A DNA stretch of 64,000 nt from assembly GCF_018350175.1 (NCBI RefSeq), contig NC_058368.1, positions 103,790,001-103,854,000 on the forward strand, written 5' to 3'. The DNA comes from Felis catus. Its lineage: Eukaryota. Positions 24,143-35,818 of the stretch are shown here, piece by piece. Within the stretch, counting starts at the first letter, position 1; every line of letters begins with the position of its first letter. The position numbers and the translations under genes are program-made. Under the pieces are notes generated by a model. It saw nothing but the letters and a program-made list of their open reading frames with translations. It made no database searches and was not told where the DNA came from.

Positions 24143-25271
24143 TTTCACTATTTTTAGACCTTACTTTATCAGTAAAACTTTACTAAAACACACACACACG
24201 TTATCAGTCACACTTCTCCAAAGAGCGATAGCCTACTATGTGTACCCATTCCTTTCTGCTCTTCTCAACGTCCTTCTACACCTAGAACTCCACTGAAAGC
24301 AACCTCCTAAGGCTTGACAATAACCTTCTCCTAATGAACAAATTTAGTGGCTACCTCAAGATCATGCCCACTCACTTTCCTTCAGTGGATGTTTATGTCC
24401 TGCCTTCCTTCCCTTGATTTCTTCCTACCTATCTCTTTCTTGACCCTCTCTCTATTCTTCTCAGCATTGCCTCAAGATCACCTTCCTTTCCTTTCTGGTC
24501 TTTCCTTCTGACGGACCTCCCTGTCTGTGTGTATGATTTTATCATTCTCCCAGTCCCCAAGTTGTAAAGATCACGTTCGCAAATATTCATTTAATCCATG
24601 CCACAGGTTCCCTCTGGGGAAGAGATCTACTGTCCAAGTTTCAGTTCAGGTTCTCCTTAAGACCTACTTCTGGACCACTTCCACCTGCCCCCTCACTCTT
24701 GTCCATTCTGTCCACCACAACATTTTTCAAACAGAGCCCAGGCATATCATCTTTCCTTCAAGCGACATCAAAAACAAGTAATAAAGCCTCAGCTTGACTC
24801 TCATGGACAACAGGCTATTTCCCCCTGGAAAAAGTGAATAATTCCTAAGCACATCTAAGAGTTGTCTACTCTGTCCCCTTTTGGTCACACGCAAACCTGT
24901 AACTGCATCGACCGCATTCACTCCAGGCTAAGTTTTATCCGTATTTCCAAGAACATTGTAAATACCTCCTCCTCTGCAGAAGCTTTTTTGATGTTTAAAT
25001 CAATGGGATCTGTCACTCTTTCGTCTCTCATAAGCCACCATATTGGCTTGGTATCATAATTATTCAAGGTCCAGAGATACCACCATCGTATAAAGTCTTT
25101 TAGAATAAGAAGTATGGGGGCACCTTGAAATTGCAGATTATACTGAACTATATTCTCCCTAGTAAAAAGATTCTCTGAGGGAATTGTTTTAAGAATTTAA
25201 GGATTTATTTTGTTAGGGCTCTTAATAGCAAATAAATAATTTTGGAGAAATTACTTAAACTTTCAATTTGA

Positions 25272-25400
25272 GGGGCACCTGGGTGGCTGTCAGTTAGGCG
25301 TCTAACTCTTGATTTCTGTTCAGGTCATGATCTCACAGTTTGACTGTTTGAGCCCCATATCGAGCTCCGTGCTGACAGTGCAGAGGCAACTTGGGATCCT
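25272..25400 (+). mobile_element. Can-SINE lacking (CT)n and A tail
   Basis: Head and core present; similarity stops at cttgggatcct. Confidence 0.85.
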
Positions 25401-25431
25401 CATTTCCACCAGAAACAGCTGGTGCGGAAAG

Positions 25432-25471
25432 AATTCTATGACTTCTCTCTTAATTCTATGACTTCTCTCTT
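25432..25471. repeat. Perfect 20-bp tandem duplication
   Basis: aattctatgacttctctctt x2. Confidence 0.95.
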
Positions 25472-26253
25472 CTACCTAAAAGCAAGTCATAAAATTTCCC
25501 ATGAGAAAAATGTCCTCCCTGTATCGAAAGGAGAATATTTTCATCACAGCCTGCTTCGAGTCCAGACTTAGACACAGCTTTTGTTGTGCCCACCTTTCTT
25601 GTGATACTCTTGCCTTTAAATCGTTAATGTTAAGGCAGGGACAAGGACATCGCTCCAAGCATTTTCCTAAGTACGCTCACTCTTCAGGACAATTGAGATT
25701 CAACAGTTACTGTTTAAAGACAACCACATTGGAACTATGACAATGGCCTTGAGCCCAGCATTTAGTGTTTACCTGCCTTACTGTGATGGCCTGGCTCTTG
25801 GGTTCTCTTTCTGCTTTAATTCAATTTGCTTCTTTCATTCAATTTTTTTTTAAGCTAGACTTTCACTTCCTTTGATCATCTGCATGCATTTTTTTTTCTT
25901 AGAACAATGAAAAAACTTGTCTCAACTATCTCCCTTCTCATATGAGCCAAGTAGTGATTTGCTCAGGGACAGGGGTGCAGAATCAGGAAATACATTCTAT
26001 TTTCCATTTTAGAATCAGTCATCTGAGCATCACTACCTCTCTGCCTTGCAAAATCAGTGGAGTGTTTTAGGTGCTCTTTGAAGCCAGCTGACTGTCGCTA
26101 CTCCCCATTTTCGCCAAACATGAAACCTCTGTAGGGGGGGACACAGCTGTGTGCATCACCGTCTCTCAGAGGCAATGACTCTGAGGTATGGCAACAGCGA
26201 AATCCAAATCTCTTCCTTATGGAGCCCTCCAGCTCTCTTTCTTCTCTTTGGGC

Positions 26254-26590
26254 CAGTGGTTCTCCAACTGCCTTTACTCCACAATCACCAGAGAAGCTCT
26301 TAAAAATCATTCTGCTCGCTGGGGCGCCAAGGTGGCTCAGTTGGTTAAGCGGCGGACTTCACTCAGATCATGATTTCACAGTTTGTGAGTTTGAGCCCCG
26401 TGTCAGGCTCTGTGCTGACAGCTCGGAGCCTGGAGCCTGCTTCAGATTCTGTGTCTCCCTCTCTCTGTACCTCCCCTATTCACACTCTGTCTCTCTATCA
26501 AAAATAAATACACATTAAGAAAAAAAAAAAAAGTTTTAATCAATCTGCTCAGGCCTCACCCAGGCCAGCTGAAGCCGACTTTGAGATGCC
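26254..26590. mobile_element. MER5A-like DNA transposon relic interrupted by SINE
   Basis: cagtggttctccaact...aatcaccagagaagctcttaaaaat | ctcaggcctcacccaggccagctgaa. Confidence 0.5.
26321..26537 (+). mobile_element. Felid SINE
   Basis: Flanked by aatca(t/a)tctgctc. Confidence 0.92.
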
Positions 26591-26758
26591 CTGCTGAGAA
26601 ATCCCCTCCTCTTTGTCCCTGGAAGGAGCACCTTTAAGAGCTGTGGTTTGGAGAGCCTCTCCCAGGGCAAGAGACCCAGAGTGCCGCTAGTATGTGAAAT
26701 TCCAAGTATGCTAAAAAGGGCGGGGGATGTGAAAATGAGATTTCAAAAACAGTAAGAT

Positions 26759-26769
26759 TTTATGTATTT

Positions 26770-26800
<31 letters not shown>

Positions 26801-27007
26801 ATGTTTATTTATTTTTGAGAGAGAGAGAAAAAGACACAGAGTGTGAGTGGGGGACAGGCAGGGAGAGGGAGACCACAGAATCTGAAGCAGGTTCCAGGCT
26901 CTGAGCTGTCAGCACAGAGCCTGAGGTGGGGCTCATACCCATGAACTGTGAGATCATGACCTGAGGCAAAGTTTGGCACTTAACCAACTGAACCACCAAG
27001 GCGCTCC
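26759..27007 (-). mobile_element. Felid SINE with (TTTA)n tail
   Basis: TSD aacagtaagat. Confidence 0.92.
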
Positions 27008-27128
27008 AACAGTAAGATATTTTTAAAACTTACACTCAAACTAACACCTGCATACATACATAGACATACATGTATATAACTGTGCCATTCATACGACAGT
27101 TTCAGGATGTATTTAAAAAATTCCTTCA

Positions 27129-27732
27129 GAGTGCTGATGCATACGGGCACTTGTACCCCAATGTTGATAGTAGCACTCTCAACAATAGCCAAAGTATGGA
27201 AAGAGCCTAAATGTCCATCAACTGACGAATGGATAAAGAAGTTGTGGTTTATATATACAACGGAATACTCCTTAGCAATGAGAAAGAATGAAATATGGTC
27301 TTTTGTAGCAACATGGATGGAATTGGAGAGTGTTATGCTAAGTGAAATAAGTCAGACGGAGAAAGACAGATACCATACGTTTCACTCTTACGTGGATCCT
27401 AAGAAACTTAACAGAAGACCATGGGGGAGGGGAAGGAGGAAAAAAAGTTACAGAGAGGAAAGGAGGCAAACCACAAGAGACTCTTAAAAACTGAGAATAA
27501 ACTGAGGGCTGATAGGGGGGCGGGAGAGGTAGGAAGGGGAAAGTGGGTGATGGGCATTTAGGAGGACGCCTGCTGGGATGAGCACTGGGTGTTGTATGAA
27601 AACCAAACTGACAATAAATTTCATATTAAAAAAATAATAAATAAAAAATAATAAATAAATAAATAAATAAAATATAAATAATAAATAAATAATAAAATAA
27701 ATAATAAAATAAAATAAAAAATAAAAAATAAG
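27129..27732 (+). mobile_element. 5'-truncated felid L1 (ORF2 C-terminus + 3'UTR + (TAAA)n tail)
   Basis: Translates TCTPMLIVALSTIAKVWKEPKCPSTDEWIKKLW...; TSD aaattccttca 27118-27128/27733-27743. Confidence 0.95.
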
Positions 27733-28111
27733 AAATTCCTTCAAATTGTACTCCAGGCAGTATGGCCTATTAATGGGCCAAACATATAAAATCACATTTT
27801 GAGTAAATTCTTAGATTCTGCTAGTGTTATCACTGTGCCTGTAAGTATAACCTAATTTGCAGATAACATTAAAAGTAAGAACTTAAGATCCTATAAGAGT
27901 GAACGGGGGCTAAATGGCACCAACCGCCAACACAGGCCTGCACTTAGAGACAACGAACAGAAAGCAACACAGCACAGAGAACACAGTAAGTGCTGGCTAT
28001 TACAATTAGTTCCTACTCACTTCCCACAATGCTAGGGGGCAAATCTGTAAATTCAGAGACAAACTCCTGTGTTCATAAAGTCCCAAGGTGATCTCTCCAT
28101 CCACCAACTTG

Positions 28112-28334
28112 TTTTTTTTTTTAATTTTTTTTAATGTTTATTTCTTTTTGAGACAGAGAGAGACTGCGTGTGAGTGGAGGAGGGGCAGAGACAGAGAGAG
28201 ACACAGAATCTGAAGAGGCTCCAGGCTCTGAGCCGTCAGCACAGAGCCCGACGCGGGGCTTGAACTCACAAGCCCCGAGATCATGACCTGAGCCAAAGTC
28301 GGACGCTCATCTGACTGAGCCACCTAGGCGCCCC
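28112..28334 (-). mobile_element. Felid SINE
   Basis: Perfect TSD tccatccaccaactt 28096-28110/28335-28349. Confidence 0.96.
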
Positions 28335-28786
28335 TCCATCCACCAACTTCTAATAACCACTGTTTTGTTAAACATGACTTTGGTTGCATCACTTATTCAA
28401 TGTCTGTTTACCGATGTGTATTCTCTGTTTTTATAAGTAGCACACTGAGAGTGAAATTCTAGAGCAGGCATTCTTAACTTTATATCATAAATCCCCTAGA
28501 GAGGCTGTGAATGCCATAAAATACAAAGTAAAATACTATATGTCTGTGTGTGCATTCCCCTTGCTTTGAAAGGTATCAATGACACCCATAAGATTTTCAG
28601 AGGGATTCAGGGTCCTCCAAATTTAAGATTTTCAATAGAGACTACTGGTATGACTCACGCCCATTTCAAGCTGCACACACAGTGCAGCATCTCAGATTCT
28701 TGAGGCATTGGATGACCAAGGACAAGCCAGGGTCCTAGCCAGAATCTCATCTAGAACACTTGATCTGATGCAGGTCCCTTGCCCTC

Positions 28787-29238
28787 TGTATGTGCTTCCT
28801 AGGCTTGCCATGACAAGGTACCACAAACTGGGGGGCTTAAAACAACAGATTTTTTCTCTCATAGATCCGGAGGCCAAAAATCTGAAATGGAAGTGTTGGG
28901 AGGACCATGTGGCCCACAAAGCCTGTAGGGGAGGATGCTTCTGGTCTATCCCAGCTTCCGATGAATGGCATCAGGCACTCCTTGTCTACAGCAGCAACTC
29001 CAAACCCTGCCACGGTCTTCACATGGCCACTTCCTCTGTGTCTCTGTGCCCACATTTCCCTGTTCTTATAAAGACACAAGTCATACTGGATTAAAGGTCC
29101 ACCCAACTCCAGCATGACCTCATCTTAACCAATTATACTTGCAACAACCCTACTTCCAAATAAGGTCACATGCTGAGATACAGTGGGTTTTAGGACTTTA
29201 ACATGTCTTTTGACAAGGACAGAATTCAAACCATCACA
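28787..29238 (-). mobile_element. MaLR solo LTR, MLT1C-like
   Basis: TG...CA; taccacaaactggggggcttaaaacaacaga...tcttataaagacac...gacctcatcttaac...ccaaataaggtcaca. Confidence 0.82.
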
Positions 29239-30056
29239 GGCTGTATTCTCTCACTTACTTTGCTTACAGACATGAAGGAAGAAAAGACAACCAGCATGCA
29301 CAGAGATTTCCTCTGTCCTCAATCTATGCTTAATACTTTAATCTTCACACACCCCATTTTTAACAGGGAGGACACTGAGACTTAAGTAAATCAGGTCCAC
29401 CTTATTTAGTGATAAGGACTTATAAAATTCCAAGTTTGAAAATGAATATAAACACAAGTTCCTCTGACAACACAGTGCCTTTCATATGTGGTTTGAGATA
29501 AAACTAGTGTAAAATACAATAACAAATCCCAGAAGAAAATATGCTCTCTGGGCAAATAAAATTGTACTGCATGTTATAATGTGTTTTAGAAACTGAATAA
29601 TACAGGGACATCAATAACTTAGATTAAACATTTATGACCTGGTGAGAGATCCTCACAAGTAGAGCAACACTAAAGTAAAAAGGCTTACCATTAATGATCC
29701 TGCAACTATATACTTATTTAAAGTCATTCGGAATCTATAAAATAGCATTTTTCAAGTTTTATATTCTCTTTTCTGGTTATTATGGTGTTTTACAGCAGAA
29801 AATCTATTATAAAGAAACATATAAGGGGATGCTATGCCATCATTTTTGTCCCTGGGAAAAAATATATACATATTTATTTATATATTTATAGTATATTATA
29901 TTGTAATATATTATATAATGGGATAAAATGAAACATGGTAAAAGAAGATTCTCTTATATGAAACCAACTGACATAAATTAGTAATTTATGACATGACAGA
30001 GTATTAACGAACTAAGCCTTGGAAAAACTCCATAAGCATTAGAAACACTGTATGCA

Positions 30057-30577
30057 TCACTCATAAGTGGAATTTAAGAAACAAAACAAAGGGAAAAAAG
30101 ACAGGGAGAGGTGGATACAAACCAAGAAACAGACTCTTAACTACAGAGAACAAACTGATGGTTACCAGAGGGCAGGTGGGGGTGGGGAGAATGGGTGAAG
30201 GGGATTAAGAGTACACTTATCAGGGTTTTTTTTTTAATGTTTATTTATTTTTGAAAGAGAGAGACACAGCGTGAGGGGGGAGGGGCAGAGAGAGAGGGAG
30301 ACACAGAACCCGAAGCAGGCTCCAGGCTCTGAGTGTCAGCACAGAGCCCAATGCAGGTTTGTAACTCACCGACTGCAAGATCATGACCTGAGCCGAAGTC
30401 AGACGCTCAACCAACTGAGCCCCCAGGCAACCCAAGAGTACACTTATTGTGACAAGCACTGAGACAAGTACAGAATTGTTGAAACACTATATTGAACACC
30501 TGAAACTAATATAACACTGTATGTTAATTATAGTGGAATTAAAATTTAAAAACTTAAAAAAAAAAAGAAAAAGAAAA
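30057..30577 (+). mobile_element. Carnivore L1 3'UTR, interrupted by SINE
   Basis: cactcataagtggaatttaagaaac...agactcttaact...cacctgaaactaatataacactgtatgtta + A tail. Confidence 0.88.
30226..30433 (-). mobile_element. Felid SINE inside L1
   Basis: TSD aagagtacacttat 30207-30220/30434-30447. Confidence 0.95.
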
Positions 30578-30634
30578 TTCTAACACAGCTACTCTTGCAA
30601 AAAGCCATTTGGTCTTCTTTTACTGAAAGAGAGC

Positions 30635-30765
30635 ATCTGGATGTATTAACTTTCTTTATCTTGGTAATCACTCCACAATATATATGCATATCAATCATCA
30701 TGTACATTTTAAATATATACAATTATATTTTTCAATTATTCCTCCATAAAGCTGGGGGAAAAAGA
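30635..30765 (+). mobile_element. Old L1 (L1MB-like) 3' terminus
   Basis: ggtaatcactccacaatatatatg...aaatatatacaatt...tcaattattcctccataaagctgg. Confidence 0.6.
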
Positions 30766-31665
30766 GCATCTCAAGACAGTGGAAATCAAAACGACATGAA
30801 CTTGTCATTTTCCAGACAAGGCACAAGGACAGTGGAATTGAAAGTATCAACGATGTCCATTAAAGCGCTAAAATTAAAAGATTTTAAAATATAATTTTCA
30901 TTACATTTTATGCATAATGTTTTCTTAGTTCAAAATTTACACAGAGTCCTTCAGAGTTCATCAAAGAAGCTGTGGAGAACAGCAGAAAGGGCATTACTAA
31001 TCTGAGTGGGGAAGGGAGGTAGATAATCAGGTTGAGCATGAGGCACAGAGCAAAGGGAAAAAGAAACCACAGCACAGATCAGGAGACGCAGGTGTCCAGC
31101 CCTCAGAACCAGAGCTCTCCATCAAACCTTCACACACTCAGATTCTGTGCTGTGTAAACCATCAGGGGAACAACGAGCATCCCCGTTTGCTCGATCAGAA
31201 TGAAGTCTTGGTTCAAATATACTAGACCCCTTAAGAGAGAAAACCGACCCAAGTTGTAACCGGAATTCACTCTTAATTTGTTTAAAAGGTAAGAAAAAAA
31301 TACCTGGGATTGATGTTGATTAGAGTAAGCACGTTCATTTCAAATAGGACTAAAAGAACATTAAGCTTCAACTCCAATATGTATATAACATTTTTTGTGA
31401 CTACATGTTCACTTCATAAGACATGTATAGAAGAAGCTATGTACTGCCACAGAAAAAGCATAACCTGAGCATAAAAAGCCATGGTCTACCATCAACCAGA
31501 TGTGTGAAAACTTGAACAGTCAATTAGCTCTCTGAGCTCTGTCTTTCCAATATGTATTTTTCTTCCAACCTTTTTGTTTTACGCTGTTGATGGCAATTTC
31601 ACTATTTTAAAATATCTCTTTTCTTAAGTCAGTAGTTATCTTTTATCTTTAGTTTTAAAAAGGTA

Positions 31666-31895
31666 GGGGGGTTGTGTTCCTGGACGGCTCAGTTGGTTAA
31701 GCATCTGACTCTTGATTTTTGCTCAGGTCACGATCTCACGGTTCATGGGTCGGAGCCCTCCAAAGGACTCTGTGCTGACAGCATGGAGCCTGCTTGAGAT
31801 TCTCTGTCTCCCTCTCTCTCTCTGCTCTTCACCTGCTCTCTCTCTCTCTCAAAAATAAACAGTAAAAAAATTAAATTAAATTAATTTAAATTAAA
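31666..31895 (+). mobile_element. Can-SINE
   Basis: Head, core, (CT)n, tail. Confidence 0.9.
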
Positions 31896-31907
31896 AGGTG
31901 GGGGTGT

Positions 31908-32019
31908 GGGATACCTGGGTGGCTCAGTGGGTTAAGCGTCTAACTCTTGGTTTTGGCTCAAGTCGTGATCTCATAGTTTGTGGGATCAAGCCCCAATGAC
32001 AACAAGGAGCCTACTTGGG

Positions 32020-32065
<46 letters not shown>

Positions 32066-32082
32066 AAAATAAAAAATCTTTT
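31908..32082 (+). mobile_element. Can-SINE (host of next insertion)
   Basis: Head, (CT)n, tail interrupted at aaaataaaaaatctttt. Confidence 0.88.
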
Positions 32083-32361
32083 GGGGCGCCTGGGTGGCGC
32101 AGTCGGTTAAGCGTCCGACTTCAGCCAGGTCACGATCTCGCGGTCCGTGAGTTCGAGCCCCGCGTCGGGCTCTGGGCTGATGGCTCAGAGCCTGGAGCCT
32201 GTTTCCGATTCTGTGTCTCCCTCTCTCTCTGACCCTCCCCCGTTCATGCTCTGTCTCTCTCTGTCCCAAAAATAAATAAACGTTGAAAAAAAAAATTTAA
32301 AAAAAAAAAAAAAAAAAAGAAAAAAAGAAAAAAAAAAATAAAAAATAAAAAAAAATAAAAA
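32083..32361 (+). mobile_element. Young felid SINE with ~80-nt A-rich tail
   Basis: Diagnostic ttcagccaggtcacg; TSD aaaataaaaaatctttt. Confidence 0.97.
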
Positions 32362-32560
32362 AAAATAAAAAATCTTTTAAAAAAAGGAAATATTGTGATT
32401 CATTTAAAAAAAAAAAAGGTAGGGATGTGAGAAGCCATGGTCAAAAACCTTATATTTATAAAGTAGTTACCTGCCTTTAATCAAAACATGGTAAGTTGGC
32501 AGATTCAATTAAGACCTAAAACAAAAGGTCGTATCCCTTAACAAACAAATGCCAACTTTC

Positions 32561-32783
32561 TTTTTTTTAATAATTTTTTTTAACATTTATTTATTTTTGA
32601 GACAGAGAGAGACAGAGCATGAACGGGGGAGGGGCAGAGAGAGAGGGAGACACAGAATCGGAAGCAGGCTCCAGGCTCTGGGCCATCGGCCCAGAGCCCG
32701 ACGCGGGGCTCGAACTCCCAGACCGCGAGATCGTGACCTGGCTGAAGTCGGACGCTTAACCGACTGCGCCACCCAGGCGCCCC
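32561..32783 (-). mobile_element. Young felid SINE
   Basis: Perfect 17-bp TSD aacaaatgccaactttc 32544-32560/32784-32800. Confidence 0.97.
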
Positions 32784-33519
32784 AACAAATGCCAACTTTC
32801 AAATCACTAAGTTTATCATAAATAGAGGCCTAGAGAGAAAACAAAATATTAACATGAAATTATCTTTAACAGGGCTATTAAGTCATTTTGGTATGTAATC
32901 AAAGAACTAAATTGTTTCATGACCAAAAAATGATCAAGTCCCCAAAATGTGGTATGAGACTTAGAATCAGTTGTTTGACCAGTTTGAAATAAATATTGCT
33001 TTGAATTAGCTGTGATTTAATTTGCCATGATTTTTGCATCTCCAGAAACTCACTAAGGAAATTAGCTGTTAAGATGAACTCAAGTATATAGTTCTTCTGT
33101 TAATCATTAATGACGCCCTGTTCCACCAAAATTACATTTCCACAGCTTCCCACCACAACGGTTTGGCTGTCTCTTGAAGACTAGAGCTAGAGTCTGATTC
33201 AATAATGGACACTGTAGCTCACCTTCAGTTATAAAGCATCAGTCTATAGCTGGTAGCCCTGTAGATAAGTGGATAGGAACCCACTAACCAAGCATAATGT
33301 CATCAAGAAAACCACCCACAATTTTTCTGGTTACAGCATCAGGTTACTAAACATACTGATTATCTCTAAAGACAATGCAAGAAATACCTCCCCTGGCTTT
33401 GCTCCCTCAACCCCAGTTCAATTTTTAATTCAACTTGTAAGGCCAATCAAAATATAGTCATATTTGATGACAGGGAAGTTACAAAAGTTGACATGTAATG
33501 CTCTCATGTGTTGGATGTT

Positions 33520-33690
33520 TTACAAGTACTGTTTTATTTAATCATCACAACATAGCCATAAAATAGGTAGTGAATATTAAAACCGTTTCATAGATGAAAT
33601 TACTAAGGCTTAGTAAGATTAACTAATTTCCCAAAGCCACACAACCAGAACAGGGATTTCAATTGGTCAGACTCCAGAGCCCACGGTTAA
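33520..33690 (-). mobile_element. MIR
   Basis: ttaatcatcacaacatagcc...taggtagt...ccgtttcatagatgaaattactaaggcttag...gactccagagccc. Confidence 0.65.
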
Positions 33691-33705
33691 GAATACACGC
33701 TCCGG

Positions 33706-33945
33706 GGGGCGCCTGGGTCTTAGTTGGTTAAGTGGTTAAGCGTCCAACTTCAGCTCAGGTCATGATCTCACGGTTCGTGGGTTTGAGCTCCACGTCAGGC
33801 TCTGTGCTGAAAGCTCAGAGCCTGGAGCCTGCTTCAGATTCTGTGTCTCCCTCTCTCTCTGCCCCTCCCCTGCTTGCAATCTGTCTCTCTGTCTCTCTGT
33901 CTCTCTCTCTCTCTCTCAAAAATAAACATTTAAAAAAATTAAAAG
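33706..33945 (+). mobile_element. Felid SINE
   Basis: TSD agaataca(c/t)gctcc. Confidence 0.93.
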
Positions 33946-34189
33946 AGAATACATGCTCCAGAATATATATTATGCATATGAGAAGATTTCATTTAATTCC
34001 TTTTGGTGAAAAAAACAATTTTCTAACAACAAGACGTGTGTTTTTAAATACATATGTGTGCATAAAATAAAATCTACATTTATCCATAGAAAATTAGCTG
34101 AAATGACATACCAGAGGCATTAAGAGTCCTTATTTCTGAGGGATAGAATCATAAGGAGAATTCACTATTTTTCATCTGTATTTTCTAAT

Positions 34190-34314
34190 TTTGGTTTGTT
34201 TTTTTTTTTTGGTTTTTATTAAGTAAGCTATCTCCATACCCAACATGGTGCTTAAACTCACAACCCTGAGATCAAGTGTCACATGCTCTACCAACTGAGC
34301 CAGCCAGGTGCCCC
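34190..34314 (-). mobile_element. Short Can-SINE variant
   Basis: TSD tgtattttctaa. Confidence 0.88.
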
Positions 34315-34370
34315 TGTATTTTCTAACTTTTCAACAGTGATTTTTTTTTTTGATGATAAAAAAGAACTAA

Positions 34371-34575
34371 GTGGGTGCCTGGGTGGCTCAGTCAGTTGGG
34401 CATCTGGCTCTTCATTTTGGCTCAGGTCATGATTCCAGGGTCATGGGATTGAGCCCTGTGTTGGGCTCTGCACTGAGCATGGAGCCTGGTCAAGATTCTC
34501 TCTCTCCCTCTGCCCTTCTCCCCTGCTCATGGACACTCTCTCAAAAAAAGAAAAGGAAAGAAAAAAAGAACAAAA
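34371..34575 (+). mobile_element. Can-SINE
   Basis: Head, core, A tail. Confidence 0.9.
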
Positions 34576-35196
34576 GTATTTTAGTTACAATAATAACATG
34601 CAGAGTTTACATTGCCAGATAAGGAAATCATAGATTAGACATACTTTAATGATGAATTTAACAGAAAAGAGAAAAACTGAAGGCCTAGATGAATATTAAT
34701 GTAATGACTGTAAATAGCATGAAGAGATGCTCAACATCTCTCATCATCAGGGGAACGCAAATCAAAACCACAATGAGATGTCATCTTCTACTGGTAAGAG
34801 TGGCTAACATTCAAAAAAAAAAAAAGAAAAGAAAAGAAGAAATAACAAGTGTTGGCGAGGACATGGAGAAAAAGGAACCTTTGTACCCTGTTGGTGGGAA
34901 CATAAACTGATGCAGTCACTGTGGAAATCAGTAAGGAGACTCTTCAAAAAAATAAAAATGGAGCTACCATATGATTCAGTAATTCCACCATTGAGTATTC
35001 ACCCAAAGTAAATGATAACACTAATTCAAAAGATATTTGCACCCCTATGTTTATTGCAGCATTAAACAAGATATGAAAGCAATCTAAACATCCATCGATA
35101 GATGAACGGATAAAGAAAACGTGGTGTAGGGGCATCTGGTGGCTCAGTTAGTTGTCTCCTTTTTTTAATATATTTTTTTAATGTTCATTTATTTTT

Positions 35197-35415
35197 TTTT
35201 ATAATTTTTTTTCAACGTTTATTTATTTTTGGGACAGAGAGAGACAGAGCATGAACGGGGGAGGGGCAGAGAGAGAGGGAGACACAGAATCGGAAACAGG
35301 CTCCAGGCTCCGAGCCATCAGCCCAGAGCCTGACACGGGGCTCGAACTCACGGACCGTGAGATCGTGACCTGGCTGAAGTCGGACGCTTAACCGACTGCA
35401 CCACCCAGGCGCCCC
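35197..35415 (-). mobile_element. Young felid SINE in tail of another SINE
   Basis: TSD taatgttcatttattttt 35179-35196/35416-35433. Confidence 0.95.
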
Positions 35416-35623
35416 TAATGTTCATTTATTTTTGAGAGAGACAGAGAGACAGAGCTTGAGCAGAGGAGGGGCAGAGAGAGAGAGGAAGACACAGAATCTG
35501 AAGCAGGCTCCAGGCTCTGAGCTGTCAGCACAGAGCCAGACGCGGGGCTTGAACTCACACACCGTGAGATCATAACCTGAGCCAAAGTCAGATGCTTAAC
35601 TGACTGAGCCACTCAGGCACCCC
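35416..35623 (-). mobile_element. Felid SINE (tail continues at 35160-35196)
   Basis: Full reverse body and head. Confidence 0.93.
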
Positions 35624-35773
35624 AAGTTGGGGGTCTAACTCTTGATTTCAGCTCAGGTCATGACCCAGTGTCGTGGGATCAAGCCCCATGTCAGGCTCAG
35701 CAATGAATGTGGAGCCTGCTTAAGATTGATTCTCTCTTGCCCTCCACCCCTCTCCCCCGCTCTTGTTCATGCG

Positions 35774-35818
<45 letters not shown>

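Noticed and set aside
24916..25140. Minus-strand open frame ...MRDERVTDPIDLNIKKASAEEE with GAG|GTATTT
   Set aside because: Protein-like by eye, but no good acceptor, no recognised homology and an implausible Trp-rich upstream part.
27107..27487. 126-aa ORF with real protein similarity
   Set aside because: It is the C-terminus of L1 ORF2 in a truncated element, not a host gene.
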